From Octopus vulgaris (lineage: Eukaryota), in the NCBI GenBank assembly GCA_951406725.2, contig OX597814.1, positions 225,060,001 through 225,124,000 on the forward strand: a DNA stretch of 64,000 nt, read 5' to 3'. Position 1 is the first letter of the stretch, and each line of letters opens with the position of its first letter. Shown here piece after piece: positions 41,551 through 55,999 of the stretch. Position numbers and translations under genes: made by a program. Below the pieces are notes generated by a model. The model saw only the letters and a list, made by a program, of their open reading frames with translations, had not been told where the DNA came from and did not search any database.

Positions 41551-42886
41551 GGAATATCCGCCTTGTGGTGAACGTACATTAAATAAGCATAGGATGAATA
41601 AAAACTGTGACAAAAATAGAGCACAAAAAAAAGTAAAGAAAAGGAAGAATATACCCAATTATATCTTAAGAATGCACGGGAAAAAGAACCGAATCTATAA
41701 CAACACCTTTATTTAACATGCGAAGAAACTGCCTACTAAATACATTTACAATGGAGAATATAACAAATAGATGTTAGTTGTGCGAATATTTGCTCATGAT
41801 GGCTAAAGTGATTCATCTATGTGTTCATTCACAAAATACTGCATATTATGTGTCTATGTGTGTCGTACTTACGTGTCGAAGACTTATACATGTGTATATT
41901 CTCGTATTAATTTCTCTGTTTGTATGCACCTATTCTCTATTAGATGTGCGAATGTGTTTCGTCGTCGTATGTGGCTTGCGAATGAGTCCATGCATTCTGT
42001 TTGTACTTGTGAGTGACAGAGAGACTATGTGTGTTTGTTTTGGCATGTTTTAGCTGTATGCAGATTTGTGCGTGAGCTTTCGCTATTAAATGTACGTTTG
42101 ATGTGTGTATGTGGTGTGTGTATGTGGTGTGTGTGTGTGGTGTGTGTGTGTGGTGTGTGTTGGGGTTGTTTCTATCTTGTGTTTTTATGGATGAGAGCGC
42201 AATCTGACTGTATGCATATTTGTGTACGCGCTGCATATGCCTCACCGTCTTTTTTTCTCTCTCTCTTGCTCTTTCTTTCACTCTCAGTTCTCTCTCTCTC
42301 TTTCTCCCACCTCTCTCCCTCCTTCACTTCTCTGAATGGAGGGAAATGATTTTTTACCCTTCCTAATAAACCATGGGAAATATTCTTTTTTACTGAGGAT
42401 TTCAAGTACCACAAATGTACTGGAAGCGATTTTAGGCAAAAGGGTTCGTATTTAAGAATACATTAGATAAAACGGGTGCGGGGCAATAAAATGTTTATGT
42501 AAAGTTTAAGGTACGCAAGAACATAAAATAGATTCTAGATCTGAACACACGCACACTCACTCACAGAATACATATATACACACATAATGCATACACACAT
42601 ATAATACATATTCCCACACAGATACACACACATACACACACGCATACATACAAATAATGTTCCAGTATTGCAAAGGCCAAATAAACAGGCAGCCATATAT
42701 TAGGTAACAGAATGCGAATATCATTATGATCCATATATTATAGTCTCATCAGCATTTCATCATTTCGTGGCCATATTGAATGGACAAATGAAGCAATTAC
42801 CGGAAACGAGTGAATGAAACCGTAAGACCTGGGACTTTGCTAGGAGAGACTTGAAAGTGTCATACCTGGTTCATGGGCGTTAGATT

Positions 42887-42927
<41 letters not shown>

Positions 42928-42931
<4 letters not shown>

Positions 42932-43180
42932 AGGCGCGTGGCTTAGTGATTATGGTGTCAGCATCATGATCGTAAGATTGTGGTTTCGTTCCTGGACCGG
43001 GCGACGCATTGTGCTCTTGAGCAAAACACTTCATTTCACGTTGATCCAGTCCACTGAGCTGGCGAAAATGTGTAACGCTGCGATGGACTGGCCTCCCGTC
43101 CAGCTGGGGAACACATACACCACGGAAACCGGGAAACCAGGCCCATGAGCCTGGCTAGGCTTTAAAAAGGGCGCATTTAT
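42928..43180 (+). mobile_element. SINE group C (H2 + T2)
   Basis: Reverse-complement match to 15818-16080. Confidence 0.9.
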
Positions 43181-43239
43181 ATATATATATATATATAAAG
43201 ATGGAATGAAATTTATGATTGAAAGCATGCTTATCAAAC

Positions 43240-43990
43240 TGTGCCCCGCCTCTCTTAGCCTATCCTCCTTTCCTCAAATCGGAAAAGCCTGGTTTATTCA
43301 GCCCATCGGAGTCGTGTCACTTTGGATTGGCGGCCCCCGCGCTAAGATTCATGAGGCAAAATATTCTCCACGCCAGTTTATATGACATTTGATTGCGCAG
43401 TGGAGCTAAGGGAAGGGCGGTGTGTGTCTCACGGAGAGACATGGGGTGAAAAAATAGAAGACGGAAAGCAGAATTGTAGAGGGTGAACGAGGGTGGATTT
43501 CAAAAACGCGTATGGTCGTTTACATGCAAGATTGGATAGATATAAATGCTGGGAGCAATAGTAAAATTATATTAAATCCGCATTTGTGATCACGCAAGTA
43601 CAGACGGGATAAAAGCTAACACATATACTTATGGCGCAGTCGACCAATTGGTCAAAATATACCTGTACGGATAAGAGCAGGAGGATATAAAACACATTTT
43701 AAAAGTGAAGACAGGTACCTGGGTGAGAGGGAGTTTTCTCTGCTAAACATTTGTTGGCCCTAATGGGACGACAAATGTAAGGACACATATGGAAAATTCT
43801 CACTGGGACGAAAAATGTACTACGCCGCCTCCAACAGGGAGCATATTTTTCTGTACTAATGCGACAGTGGAAAATGTTTATCCACTAAACTAAGGTAGAT
43901 CCTGCCTACACAAGTTTTAGCATTAAAAGAAAAAAGTGTAGGGTGAACCATATGGCCTTATTGCAGTGTTATGTTTTGAATGGGTTAGGA
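43240..43990 (-). mobile_element. Decayed Penelope-like fragment
   Basis: SLVDKHFPLSH*YRKI (~43845-43890) matches the PLE LxDKHFPxxHxYxKIFN linker. Confidence 0.55.
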
Positions 43991-44046
43991 TCGGACAGGC
44001 TTTCACGAGAATAAAATACATATACATACATACATACATACATACA

Positions 44047-44099
<53 letters not shown>

Positions 44100-44102
44100 T
44101 AA

Positions 44103-44579
44103 TAAATTTTAGGGTAGCAAAAATTCTAGAAAAATTCTCCGCTACCAGCGGTCAAGTGAGAAAGAAAAAATAGTCAATAGACTATATAATATACATTCAA
44201 ATATATAAGGAATGGCCATAATAGGACATTCGACTCACTAGAAAGAGCAGCTAAACTCCAAACCACTAATAGTTGTAATTCTGAAATGGAATGAGAAATA
44301 AAAACGTTTACCTTCTCCTTTCTGGACTATGCATAGTTTCGGCAATCTTTGTAAATAAATTAAATTTACTTACAACTGGCGTGCCTCTTCAGCAGAAAAC
44401 CAAGGACTACCATATAGTCACGAAGCGATAATAACCATGCTTCGAGTCTATATGCTACAACTTTTCAAAATCCACCACACTCGCGCGGTTTTCTCAGCAG
44501 CAAATATAAACTGCCGATTTAATTTTAAAATTAGCCAAAAAATCATTAATTAATAAATTTTTTGCTACCCTAAAATTTA
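44103..44579 (-). mobile_element. Hammerhead-bearing non-coding element with perfect 21-bp terminal inverted repeats
   Basis: taaattttagggtagcaaaaa at 44103-44123 and tttttgctaccctaaaattta at 44559-44579; abuts (TA)n. Confidence 0.75.
44319..44398 (-). ncRNA. Type I hammerhead ribozyme, fully canonical
   Basis: tttctg CTGAAGA ggca...tgcc GAAA ctatgcatag TC cagaaa; predicted cleavage after GUC, between 44325 and 44324. Confidence 0.9.
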
Positions 44580-45504
44580 GATAGATAGAACCTTCTCACA
44601 GGTTCTAATCTGTTACATGCTAAAAGTAGGGTTCAATGTCGGTCAGACACGTGCATACATGCATATATATGTATGTATGTATAAATATATATATATATAT
44701 GTGTGTGTGTGTATGTGTGTGTATGTGTGTGTACATTTATATACATACAGACACTCACACATATATATGTATATATTATATACATGTATGTACACACATA
44801 TATATATATACTTGTATATATATATGTATTTATCTCGCTGTATATATATGCAGGCACACACACATGTTGATACACACACACACACACACTCATATATACA
44901 GACATATATGTATGTATTACCATTTGGTTTGAGAAGGCTGCGCCCATGGTCGTTTACTGGGAATTCACAGCTCAGGAGTGGAAGGCAGAAAGTGTCCTCA
45001 ACGCTGAGAACTTGTAAAAAATGCTTGCAAAACAAGAGAACGTTCTGCTAAATACACCCAAAGACAAGACAGTAGTGTTATATCAGGCAACGGATTCAAA
45101 TAAACACCGAGCAGATCTTGGCAGAATATGAACACTGAAACAACTAAGCAGGAACACAAGCTGCAAAGCGTCCAGTGCAACACTTAATTCTTGAAACTTA
45201 CAGGCCACGTCAAGGTATTCCTCGCCAAAATCCGGTCTCAGAGTGCAGCAAGTCAGAACTTATGGTATTCTATCACCGACGTTCTAACGTGTATATACAG
45301 ACATACACATCTATATGGTTATAGATATACACACACACACACAACTGCACGTATCTGCAGAAGTATATATGTATGTATATGTATATACGCACACACATAT
45401 ATGTGCAAACATATATATGTATATGCGCATATATATAGATATCTAATTTGCCCTAGCATGGCCACAGCTCCTGAGCTGCAACTAGCTAAAGAGTTAAAGA
45501 GAAT

Positions 45505-45615
<111 letters not shown>

Positions 45616-45686
45616 TGATTCTTTTATTTGTTTCAGTTTTTTGACTGCGGCTATCTTGGAGTACCGGTATGTATGTATATATATAT

Positions 45687-45734
<48 letters not shown>

Positions 45735-45773
45735 TATATATACACATACATACATACATACATAATACATACA

Positions 45774-45809
<36 letters not shown>

Positions 45810-46479
45810 TATTTATATATATACACATATGCACACACGCACATATTTATTTTCTAAGCATTAATAATAACTAAACGCTGCAAACCGCACAATATATACA
45901 TCTAATTTTGTGCACATTCATAACATACAACGCACTAGCACACATACGCAAAGAAGCAGAGAGAGAGAGAGAGAGAGAGAGAGTAAAAGCGAGGAAGGAG
46001 AAGAAAATAAGAGAGAGAAGCACATATAAACACATATTGCCTTGATATTGATTAGGTACATGTCTGGCATGTGGGAAATATCGATTTTGCGCTCCTATGG
46101 TAACATCTAGCCAGCTTGACAACTTGCCGAGAAGGACTAAATATAGTAACGAAAATGGCGACTCGTTTAAACTGTTGCAAGTCAACTTACTTTCAGTTTC
46201 ACAATATAATAGTGCAGATGTTGATAGCGGTTTTGGTGTGAAAGCGGAGAATAAAAAGAATGAAGTCAAACGAAGGTGAATTAGAATAATTACTAGACTA
46301 GATCTAATGTAACTAGGCATTTGGAATTAGGGAGAGAGAAGACAATCAGACATACGAAGTACAAATAAAACAAAGTTCAGTGTGTGATGTGAGAGAGAAC
46401 TAGGCAGTTGAGTGAAGAGAGTAAAAGAAAATTAGTTTAGACATTGCAGAGACGGATAATTAGGCCGTGCACATACATA

Positions 46480-47005
<526 letters not shown>

Positions 47006-47099
47006 ACAGTCAGAAGAACAGACGGATTGATGGACGGTTATTATACATGTGCGCGAGCCTATGCAGGTGTGTGTGCGTGGGTGGTGTAAAGGTATATAT

Positions 47100-47420
47100 G
47101 TGAATGCATATGGCTCAGTGGTTAAAGCGCAGAACTTACGACCGTGAGGTTCTGAGTTCGAATCCCGGACCGGGCTGCGTGTTGTGTCCTTGAGCAAGAC
47201 ACTTTATTTCACGTTGCTCCAGTTTACTCAGCTGTAGAAATGAGTTGCGACATCACAGGTGCTAAGCTGTATTGGCTTTTGTCTTTCCCTTGGATAACAC
47301 TGGTGGCGTGGAGAGGGGAGGCAGGTATGCATGGGCAACTGCTGGTCTTCCATAAACAACCTAGCCTGGGTAACTTTCTAGGTGCAATCCTATGGTCATT
47401 CGTGACCGAAGGGGGTCTCT
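47100..47420 (+). mobile_element. SINE group C (head H3, CORE-like, tail T3)
   Basis: tggctcagtggtta...gagttcgaatccc...gtgtccttgagcaagacact. Confidence 0.85.
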
Positions 47421-47519
47421 GATATATATATGATATAGGGTTGATAAAAACAGATTGGCTGTTAGCTAAACATAGACACATATGCACATGATAGATACGA
47501 GAGGAAAATGGATAGGTAC

Positions 47520-47907
47520 AGGTTTGGCTGTGTGGTAAAAGGCTTGCTGCCCAACCACATAGCTCTGGGTTCACTCCCACTGTGTGGCACCTTGGACAAG
47601 TGTCTTCTACTATAGCCTCGTGCCGACCAAAACCTTGTGAGGGTATTTAATAGACAGAAACTGCAAGAAGCCCGTCGTTTAAATATGCATATGTATGTAA
47701 TTGTGTCTATGTTTGTCCCCCCCACCATCACTTGACAACCGATGTTGGTGTGTTTACATCCCTGTAACATAGTAGTTCGGCAAAAGAGACCGATAGAATA
47801 TTTCTAGGCTTGCAAAGAATAAGTCCTGGGGTCGATTTGTTCGATTAAAGGCAGTGCTCCCCCATGGCCACAGTCAAGTGGCCGAAACAAGTAAAAAGCG
47901 TAAAAGA
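47520..47907 (+). mobile_element. SINE group B
   Basis: Reverse-complement match to 23080-23475. Confidence 0.9.
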
Positions 47908-48034
47908 GGTAGACATGCAGGTAAGGGGACAGGCAGGAAGAGGGGACAAGCCAAGAAACGGACTCAGTCGGAGAGGCATGTCGCTATATTATCAGATCAA
48001 TATGCATTCTTACAGGTATTGAATATTGATTCTG

Positions 48035-48068
<34 letters not shown>

Positions 48069-48351
48069 CGTGTGCGTGCGTGCGTGTGTGTGTGTGTATG
48101 AGAATGCGTTCGTGTATATATATGTACCTAGATACATTTATATCTCTCTCTTTATATATATATGCTAAGTGCAGCATAGAGACAAATACATAGATTCGTA
48201 CGTATGTATGTATGTATGTATGTATGTATGTATGTATGTATGTATGTATGTATGTATGTATGTAGGTAGGTAAGGTGGGAGGGAGGGAGGTAGGGAGGTA
48301 GGTAGGAGGGAATGTGAGTATAGACTCTCACACATATCTTATATCTTTTAA

Positions 48352-48710
48352 TACGAGGATGGACTGAAAAGTTTAAAAGCTAACCATGAAGGAATGAGGC
48401 CATCACTATGAAATCCTGCCCCCAACGACATTCGTACTGACATGGTTGCTACATTAGGGGATGACACAACAGGTTTATCAACAACTCAAAAGCAGGCAGC
48501 TGAATTTAGGATGGGAAGGATGAGTCTTTTTGATAATCCACTTTCTAGACGTCCTACAACTACCACCACCGTGTTAATCATATGGTGATGGATGACAGGT
48601 GACTGACTTTAAATCATATAGCCAATACTACTAGTATATCCCGTAGGAGATTTGGGAATATTCTGCACAATGAACTAGATATTACAAAGGTTTCTGCTCG
48701 GTTGGTTGAG
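48352..48710 (+). mobile_element. mariner 5' fragment (TA + TIR + N-terminal transposase)
   Basis: tacgaggatggactgaaaagtt; DIRTDMVATLGDD...AAEFRMGRMSL...ILHNELDITKVSARLV. Confidence 0.85.
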
Positions 48711-48899
48711 GCTGATTACGTCACAAACAAATCTGACAATCGAACGATACTAACCAATCCTACTTCAATCATCAAATCTCGGACAAATAATTTTAAAAAT
48801 CACAAATCATCAACAGCCGATGACAACGAGCAAATCTCAAGTGACTACTAACAAAAGCTAGGGTCACATGCGAGAAAGAAATAATACAAGTAGTAAACT

Positions 48900-49155
48900 A
48901 ACTTATTTATTTTATTTGCCAATAAATGGCAAACATAGAGGGGACAACACAAGAGCTAAAATAACAAAACATTTAGGGACTGCAGTTATACATTAGTCGG
49001 GATAAAAATCGAATACAATTATATCGAAAGAATGAATCAAATGAATTAAAATGAATTAAAAATTAAATTAAAAATTGATGATAATATAGATTTTCCGGGT
49101 TTGTGTTCAACACACCGGTTTTTCTCCCTTTTCCCTCTTAATGTTCTCTGCATAA
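48900..49155 (-). mobile_element. Probable LINE 3' UTR/tail fragment
   Basis: Ends gtgttgtcccctctatgtttgcc...aataaaataaataa, similar to the tail at 49455-49500. Confidence 0.5.
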
Positions 49156-49162
49156 TTTTAGC

Positions 49163-49450
49163 AGGACGTCCTCGTCGAGCTCTACTGATCTTTCAGGTCG
49201 AGGCTCGTCTTCTAGGCTGTATTTTCCGGCTCGGAATTTCTTGAACTACCGTTGACACTGGCTTACGCTTACTGCCCCATCCCCACACACTGCATTAACA
49301 TTCCTCGCACTTTCCGTTGCGTTGTTGCCTTTATTGAGTTAATAAAGCAAAATATGCCACATATATGCTCCTTTGTCAGTTCCATTATATCTTTGAAAAG
49401 ATAATTGTTAAAATCGATCTGAGCTCTTCAAAACTTGCACTCAGAATAAG
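49163..49450 (-). mobile_element. Second mariner N-terminal fragment
   Basis: MELTKEH...GNNATESARNVNAVCGDGAVSVSQCQR*FKKFRAGKYSLEDEPRPERSVELDEDVL (Mos1-like HTH). Confidence 0.88.
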
Positions 49451-49454
49451 GTGA

Positions 49455-50043
49455 TTTTTTTTTCCTACAAGCGGACAACATAGAAAGGGACAACACAATC
49501 TGATTTGGGGTCAGATAAACAAATGGCGATAAACATAAATATGAGATTTAAAATTCCCAAAATATGAAAATATAAAGAAATCGAATGATAGGATAGACGG
49601 AAGACATTACATTCTTCTATCGATTTTCGAACAAAAACCAGGTATTTTCTCTCTATCCCTGTTTTCCTTTTAAGGTATAAGGTGAAGTAATTAATTGCTA
49701 CTACAATGAGAAAACAATTCTTACCTTCTTTCGATAGGAAATCAGGAGGGTCAATTTTTACTATAGACTCAGTCGATAGCTGTACTCTTCTTGCACTTGA
49801 CAGCAGTTGTTCAGCATAAACCCACACGTCTGACACCTCTGAACACTGATCAATAGCGTGAGGGACGGTTTCTCTATTCCGCTCACATCTTGGACAGGTC
49901 GAAGGGCCGTGGCCATCATGCCTTGTGAGCTTGTCTCGAGCAGGTAAGGCTCCTCGGTAACACTGCCATGCCAGAGACTTCTGAAAGTTGTCCAGGGTCT
50001 TCGGCCCGAATGTACTTTGGAACAGACTGGCTAGCTGATTATC
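49455..50043 (-). mobile_element. L1/Tx1-type LINE ORF2 C-terminus (zf-RVT), 3' UTR and short A tail
   Basis: FQKSLAWQCYRGALPARDKL...CPRCERNRETVPHAIDQCSEVSDVW (Cx2C...H...C). Confidence 0.88.
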
Positions 50044-50781
50044 GTAGGGCGAAAATTACAGTTTTCCACAGGACAACAGTTCAAATCCCAATAAAATCTT
50101 CAATACAAATATAACAAAAATTCACAATAACTGAACAGGAAACGAACTCACATACCGCAGGTAACAACTGAAAACAATACCGTGTCGTAGACGAAAAAAG
50201 GCGTTGCCTTGGTAGCTGTTGATGCTTATTCGTCTTTGAAAACTTACAGAATTTCAAATGAAATAAATTCACTGATCAACATAATTAGAAATATTGCATT
50301 TCGAAATCTCTCAGAGAGACTTATACAAGTAGCAGTACGATAAAGTGGTGGCAGTCCCAGGAAAGGGAAGACTGCTACTGCTATTTAGCCCCAGGAAACA
50401 TCGTTTCCAGTTGCGTATGTGACACAAGCGTTCTGTGTCCTTAAGTTTTCAAACAGGGGAGTCATTGCTCTTAATCAATCTGAGAGATTTAGAAATGCAA
50501 TATTCAAGAATTCAGTAAAGTTTCATTGAGCGGGAAGTAAGTTCGACATTTGATTACTTGACATTTTGAAAGGGGTGAGCTTTTGTAAAGTGTTTGTTGC
50601 TTGTTCATACTTTTATATAAACGCAGTAAGGTAAGAATTTAGCCTAATTTTGCCAATAGTCTGTGATATCAAAGTTGTTGACCAAAGTTCCATGATATCG
50701 ATCTTGCTGTGCAGCCTTCAAATCGTGATCACCCCATACAATTATGTACTGGAGCCTACTTTGCATTGTCTTATAGATACG

Positions 50782-51013
50782 TATTTCTTTACTACCCACA
50801 AGGGGCGAAACACAGAGGGAACAAACAAGGACAGACAAACGGATTAAGTCGGTTATATCGACCCCAGTGCGTAATTGGTACTTATTTAATTGACCCTGAA
50901 AGGATGAAAGGCAAAGTCGACCTCGGCGGAATTTGAACTCAGAACGTAGCAGCAGACGAAATACTGCTGAGTATTTCGCCCGGCGTGCTAACGTTTCAGC
51001 CAGCTCGCCGCCT
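50782..51013 (-). mobile_element. SINE group A, long-tail form
   Basis: Full consensus; imperfect TSD attgtcttatagatacg / attgtctaataaatacg. Confidence 0.9.
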
Positions 51014-51484
51014 ATATTGTCTAATAAATACGATTATATTCAAGGTACCGTGTGCGTATGTGTGTGTGTGTGTAAGCCTGTGTGTGCGCGCGCTCACGCG
51101 TATGTGGCTATTGGCTTTGATATGTGAATACAAACTCCTAATGTTTTTCGAGAATGTACGAGGGAACAACAGAAGGGAAAAAAACTGTTGTCTGTTCAGA
51201 ACCAGATGCATTTGGCTAAGTAAAATTTCCTAAACTGAAAAACATATCAGTCATATCAGCCGTTCTTCCGATTCTTAATGCCGTATAATCCTGACAAATA
51301 TTCGTTGTTATGTAATTGAAGCCAATTCGAAATGAAAGACACTTTGTACTCCAACCGAAATGGAATCCACTTCAAATTGCATCAGGGATTCACTCAAGAA
51401 GGGTTTCTCTGCGAAACGTTTATGTCTGTTCAATTTTCAATCAATCGACATCAACACCCTCACTCTCCCCACTCTTTCTTACTC

Positions 51485-51531
<47 letters not shown>

Positions 51532-51754
51532 ATCCTTCTTTCTTTCTGTCTGTCTGTCTGTCTATCTGTCTCTCTCTCTCTCTCTCTCTCTGTATGTCTC
51601 TATTTTCATGTATGACTAACCATATCTGTTTCACTGTTCCACGACAAAACAGAGAGGATGACAGAAGTGGGGGAAACAGAGAGAGAAAGAGAGAGAGAGA
51701 GAGACAGACAGACAGATAGACAGACGGACAGACAGATAAACAGATAGAGAGGAG

Positions 51755-51985
51755 GGCGGCGAGCTGGCAGAATCGTTAGCACGTCGGGCGAAATGCCGAG
51801 CGGTATTTCGTCTGCCGCTACGTTCTGAGTTCAATTTCCACTGAGGTCGACTTTGCCTTTCATCCTTTCGGGGTCGATAAATTAAGTACCAGTTACGCAC
51901 TGCGGTCGATATAATCGATTTAATCTGTCTGTCTGTCCTTGTTTGTCTCCTCTGTGTTTAGCCCCTTGTGAGTAGTAAAGAAATA
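51755..51985 (+). mobile_element. SINE group A, long-tail form
   Basis: Full consensus match. Confidence 0.9.
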
Positions 51986-52479
51986 GATAGAGCGGAGGGG
52001 AGAGATAAGGAAAGCTAGGAAGTGTAAAGTGAGCCTTAAGCGTAAAAAAACCCTAGTTTATCATCAAAACTTGGGTACCACTGTCACCGCCATTCGACTG
52101 CCATCACTGTGCGTTTCCTCCTTCCTGTTTGCTTTCCGTTCTCTATCTCTTGTCTTTTCTCTTTCTTTCTCTTTTTAATTATACGAGTAAAAGAGAGACT
52201 GCTCCTAATACGCCAATTCAATATTCTATCTTCATAGCAGGTTTGTCACAGTTTTGTATGCTTTATCTTAAAATAAATATCATGTAAACCACCGCTGTGA
52301 TATGCGAATAATATATATTATGATTATGATATCTTGGGTGCTCGTTTTACAAATTCTGAATAAAAGGAGGGCGGACATACAGACATACAAACGCACAGAC
52401 ATACAGGTAGGCAGACGGACACACAGTCATAAAGTCAAACTGACAGACAGATATCAATATCATAGTTAGCTAGCTAGCT

Positions 52480-52487
52480 AGTAGATT

Positions 52488-52563
<76 letters not shown>

Positions 52564-52564
52564 C

Positions 52565-52639
<75 letters not shown>

Positions 52640-52700
52640 GATAGATAGATAGATAGATAGATAGACAGATAGATAGATAGATAAATAGATAGATAGATAG
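52480..52700. repeat. (GATA)n array
   Basis: Directly visible. Confidence 0.95.
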
Positions 52701-53592
52701 TAACAGCTTAGAGTTCATACTGACATTCCAGTGATTAGAAGCTTTGCGAAGACACAGGTGTTTAGGTATTAGAGATATTTGCCATATGAAAGGTATTTGC
52801 AATCCCCGAAGTTAGTGTGTAAGGTTTGGGAATCTGGGAATCTGGGAGACTAGATTTAAGAGCAATAGTCAAGCCTTCTTTGGATGTCATCTTCGGATAG
52901 TTAACGAAAGTTTTGAAGAGAGACTTACTAATATCCAAACACTTGTCTCTCACAAAATGGTTATAAATAAAGATGCGTCTTCAAATATAGACACCCATAT
53001 CACTTGCATTGCTTCTTTGCTTGGAGGGGAATAAAATCTTACGTTGTTGATGACCTTAATAGAAAATATGGTATTTGTGGCGTTCCTCACTCGCGTATGA
53101 CAGTTTTTGTTGGATATCATGGATAGATTTCATTTCTTTTGATTTCTGCGTCGTTACAGAGAATGTTCTAGTGTACAGTTGTGTTTATATCTGCAAGCAT
53201 GATGAATAAGGAAAAAAAGATCGTAATAAAGATACTTTGATTTACCCTAACTCCGGCTTGAGGAAATAAGAGCGCAAATATCTAAACCTTTCATGTCACG
53301 GATTTTTATTTTTAGTTAGTGATATAGAAATACTATTGTCGATCATACAGTCTGATTTTTTTTTCCATCAACCCAATTAATATTACGACGTCTCAAATCA
53401 ACATTTTCCATTTATATGATTTCCGAAAATGTGAGTTATAATCGTTAGCTTTGCTCATAATGGCTAACAATCTCGCACTCGTAATGTCTTCTTCCTTTCG
53501 ATGGTTAAAAAGATGTTTTGCTCAACAGTTAACTAAACTGAGTTGAATGAATGAAGGATTGTGTGAAAATTAAATTATGCTAAGTCTTATAA

Positions 53593-53896
53593 ATGGGAGG
53601 CACAATGGCCCAGTGGTTTGGGGCAGCGGACTCGCGGTTTCGATTCCCAGTCCCGGCGTTGTGTGTGTTTGAGCGAAAACACCTAAAGCTCCACGATCCT
53701 CCGGCAGGTGGAGGGGGGCGACCCCTGTTGTACTCTTTCACTCCAACTTTCTCTCACTCTTTCTTCCTGTTTCTTGAGTAACACTGCGATGGACTGGCGT
53801 CCCGTCCAGTTGGGTGGAACACATACGCCACAGGAACCGGGAAGCCGGGCCCATGAGCCTCGCTAGGCTTGAAAAGGGCGCATAAAAACTAAAAAA
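53593..53896 (+). mobile_element. Chimeric SINE group C (head H1 + tail T2)
   Basis: Head as in 1987-2359, tail as in 42928-43180; TSD aagtcttataa at 53582-53592 and aagtcttgtaa at 53897-53907. Confidence 0.9.
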
Positions 53897-55824
53897 AAGT
53901 CTTGTAAGTGAATATAAGAGATGGAAACTGTGTGGAAGTCTTTCGTATATTTATACACATGTGCATTTGTGGACATGTGTGTACGTCTCTATTTCCTCCC
54001 CTCTCACTCGATATTTCGTGTGGATTTGTATATGTCCCCATAACTTAAACGTTTGGCAAAAAGCGGCAAATAGGATAATATCCAAAGACTGCAACCAGTA
54101 ATGAATGTAAGATATGTAAGATACATCCTGCTAATTGCAAAATAAGTGGATAATAATGATGACGCAATAAACAAAGATAAGCGAAAATAGGCAAAATTAT
54201 GACGTAAACTAATGAAGCAAGTTTTTAAACTTAGAATATATTTAGGTCAGGCTTTGTACTGACTTCAGCACCGGCGGTCGAACGGATATCAGAATATTTT
54301 CAGAGTTAAAAAGTGTTGACGATAAACAGAACAATCATTAACATATATTTAAGAATGGATTTCTAGGCTCTATCTCGAAATCTATTACAAACAAACAGCT
54401 GTGCTACTTCTCAGACGTAAATGCAGAAAGATTTGCACACACACACACACACATACACACATACACACATATATATGTATTATATATCTTTATAGATATA
54501 CAAATAGGTATACACACACACACAGACACATGTATTTACACGCATACGTGCAAATGTATGTATATGTTTATTTACAGCCTTTGACAAAAGTGTATATACA
54601 CGGAAGGTGCAGACCAAGGATTCTACTTTATAATAATATATGTGGATTACGAGAAAACTGTTTATGAATTTTAACCTCAGGACTACTAAATTAATGATGT
54701 ATTGCGCAATATTTCGATAAAGCAGCATTTTGGCTAGGCGCGATTTCAACGAAAGTTTTCGCAGTAATCTGGTAGGATCTTTTCTTTCAAATCCGAAATT
54801 GATGACTGAAACTATAATCGGTTGTTTTGGAACTCTGCATTTTGTATAGGTTTCAGATAAGGATATAACCACATATCCAATATCATGAGCTTCTTCGGGA
54901 CAATATTTTCGTGTTATTTGCTGTGTGGTATTGTTTACCATTCAGTTAGAATATAATGCGATTATAGAAGACAATTTCTTCAGAATATCAGCAATTTTTC
55001 TTTCTTTTTAGAATTTCTGGTTATCATTAGAGGCGTTATCAAAATACTTGCAATTCTCTTTGTGGACGTGACCCACACTTATTTCATAAAGGATGAACAT
55101 TGCTTCACACTTCAAACTGTTTACCTAGGATTATACTTTGAGTCGACAGAAAAAAGTATTCAATGCAAACGGATTAATAGATTATTCCTCATTAATAATG
55201 GCCAGTCCTTCTCAATCACATTCTGATGACCGTGAAGAATTTTGAACGATTCTAAAAGATTTGTGTGTGTGAGTGAATGTAATAGCCAATGCGTTTTGGT
55301 TATGCAATAACATTGATGTCTTTTTGCAATCGACGTCATTAAGTATAAGTGCTCAATTTAACTGTTGTTGGCAACAATGATTGCATCGCACGGCTAGTGC
55401 AATACATTGGGCTGCAACGTATAGGATGAGTCATATGGTCTGCTTAAAGAGGTGAAGTACGATGTCTGCTTGATGAATTGGTTCCACATGTCTAACGTAA
55501 TCGAGGCAGAGCTTTCTGAATAACACCGACACATTTACTTGATCTAATATCTTATTCAACGTCGGTCCAGCGCAACACAAAGCAACACTTATGAGATGAC
55601 AGTTTCATAAATATATAAAATATTGATATTTCTTGCGCTTGATCTTTCTTCTTTGTATGTTCAAAAACTAGCTGCAAGACCTTTTTTCCCTCCATTTTGA
55701 AGAGCGGTTATAGGCTACCGGCCGTTAAGGTCTGAAGAGATGTGTGTGAAGCTAAGAGCCTTATGAACGCGAAACCCTGGGTAACCCTATAAACCATATC
55801 CAACCATATCTAAATATACATACA

Positions 55825-55897
<73 letters not shown>

Positions 55898-55999
55898 AGA
55901 GAGGGAGAAAAATAGAAAGAAAGAAAAGAACAAGGGAGAGAGAGAATATGCATAAACATACACAAAGAATGATGAGTAAAGCAGACAAATATATAGAAT

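Noticed and set aside
52750-55600. Weak Tc1-like (SEDDIQRRLDYC) and hAT-like (YVAAQCIALAV) traces
   Set aside because: Too decayed to delimit without a search
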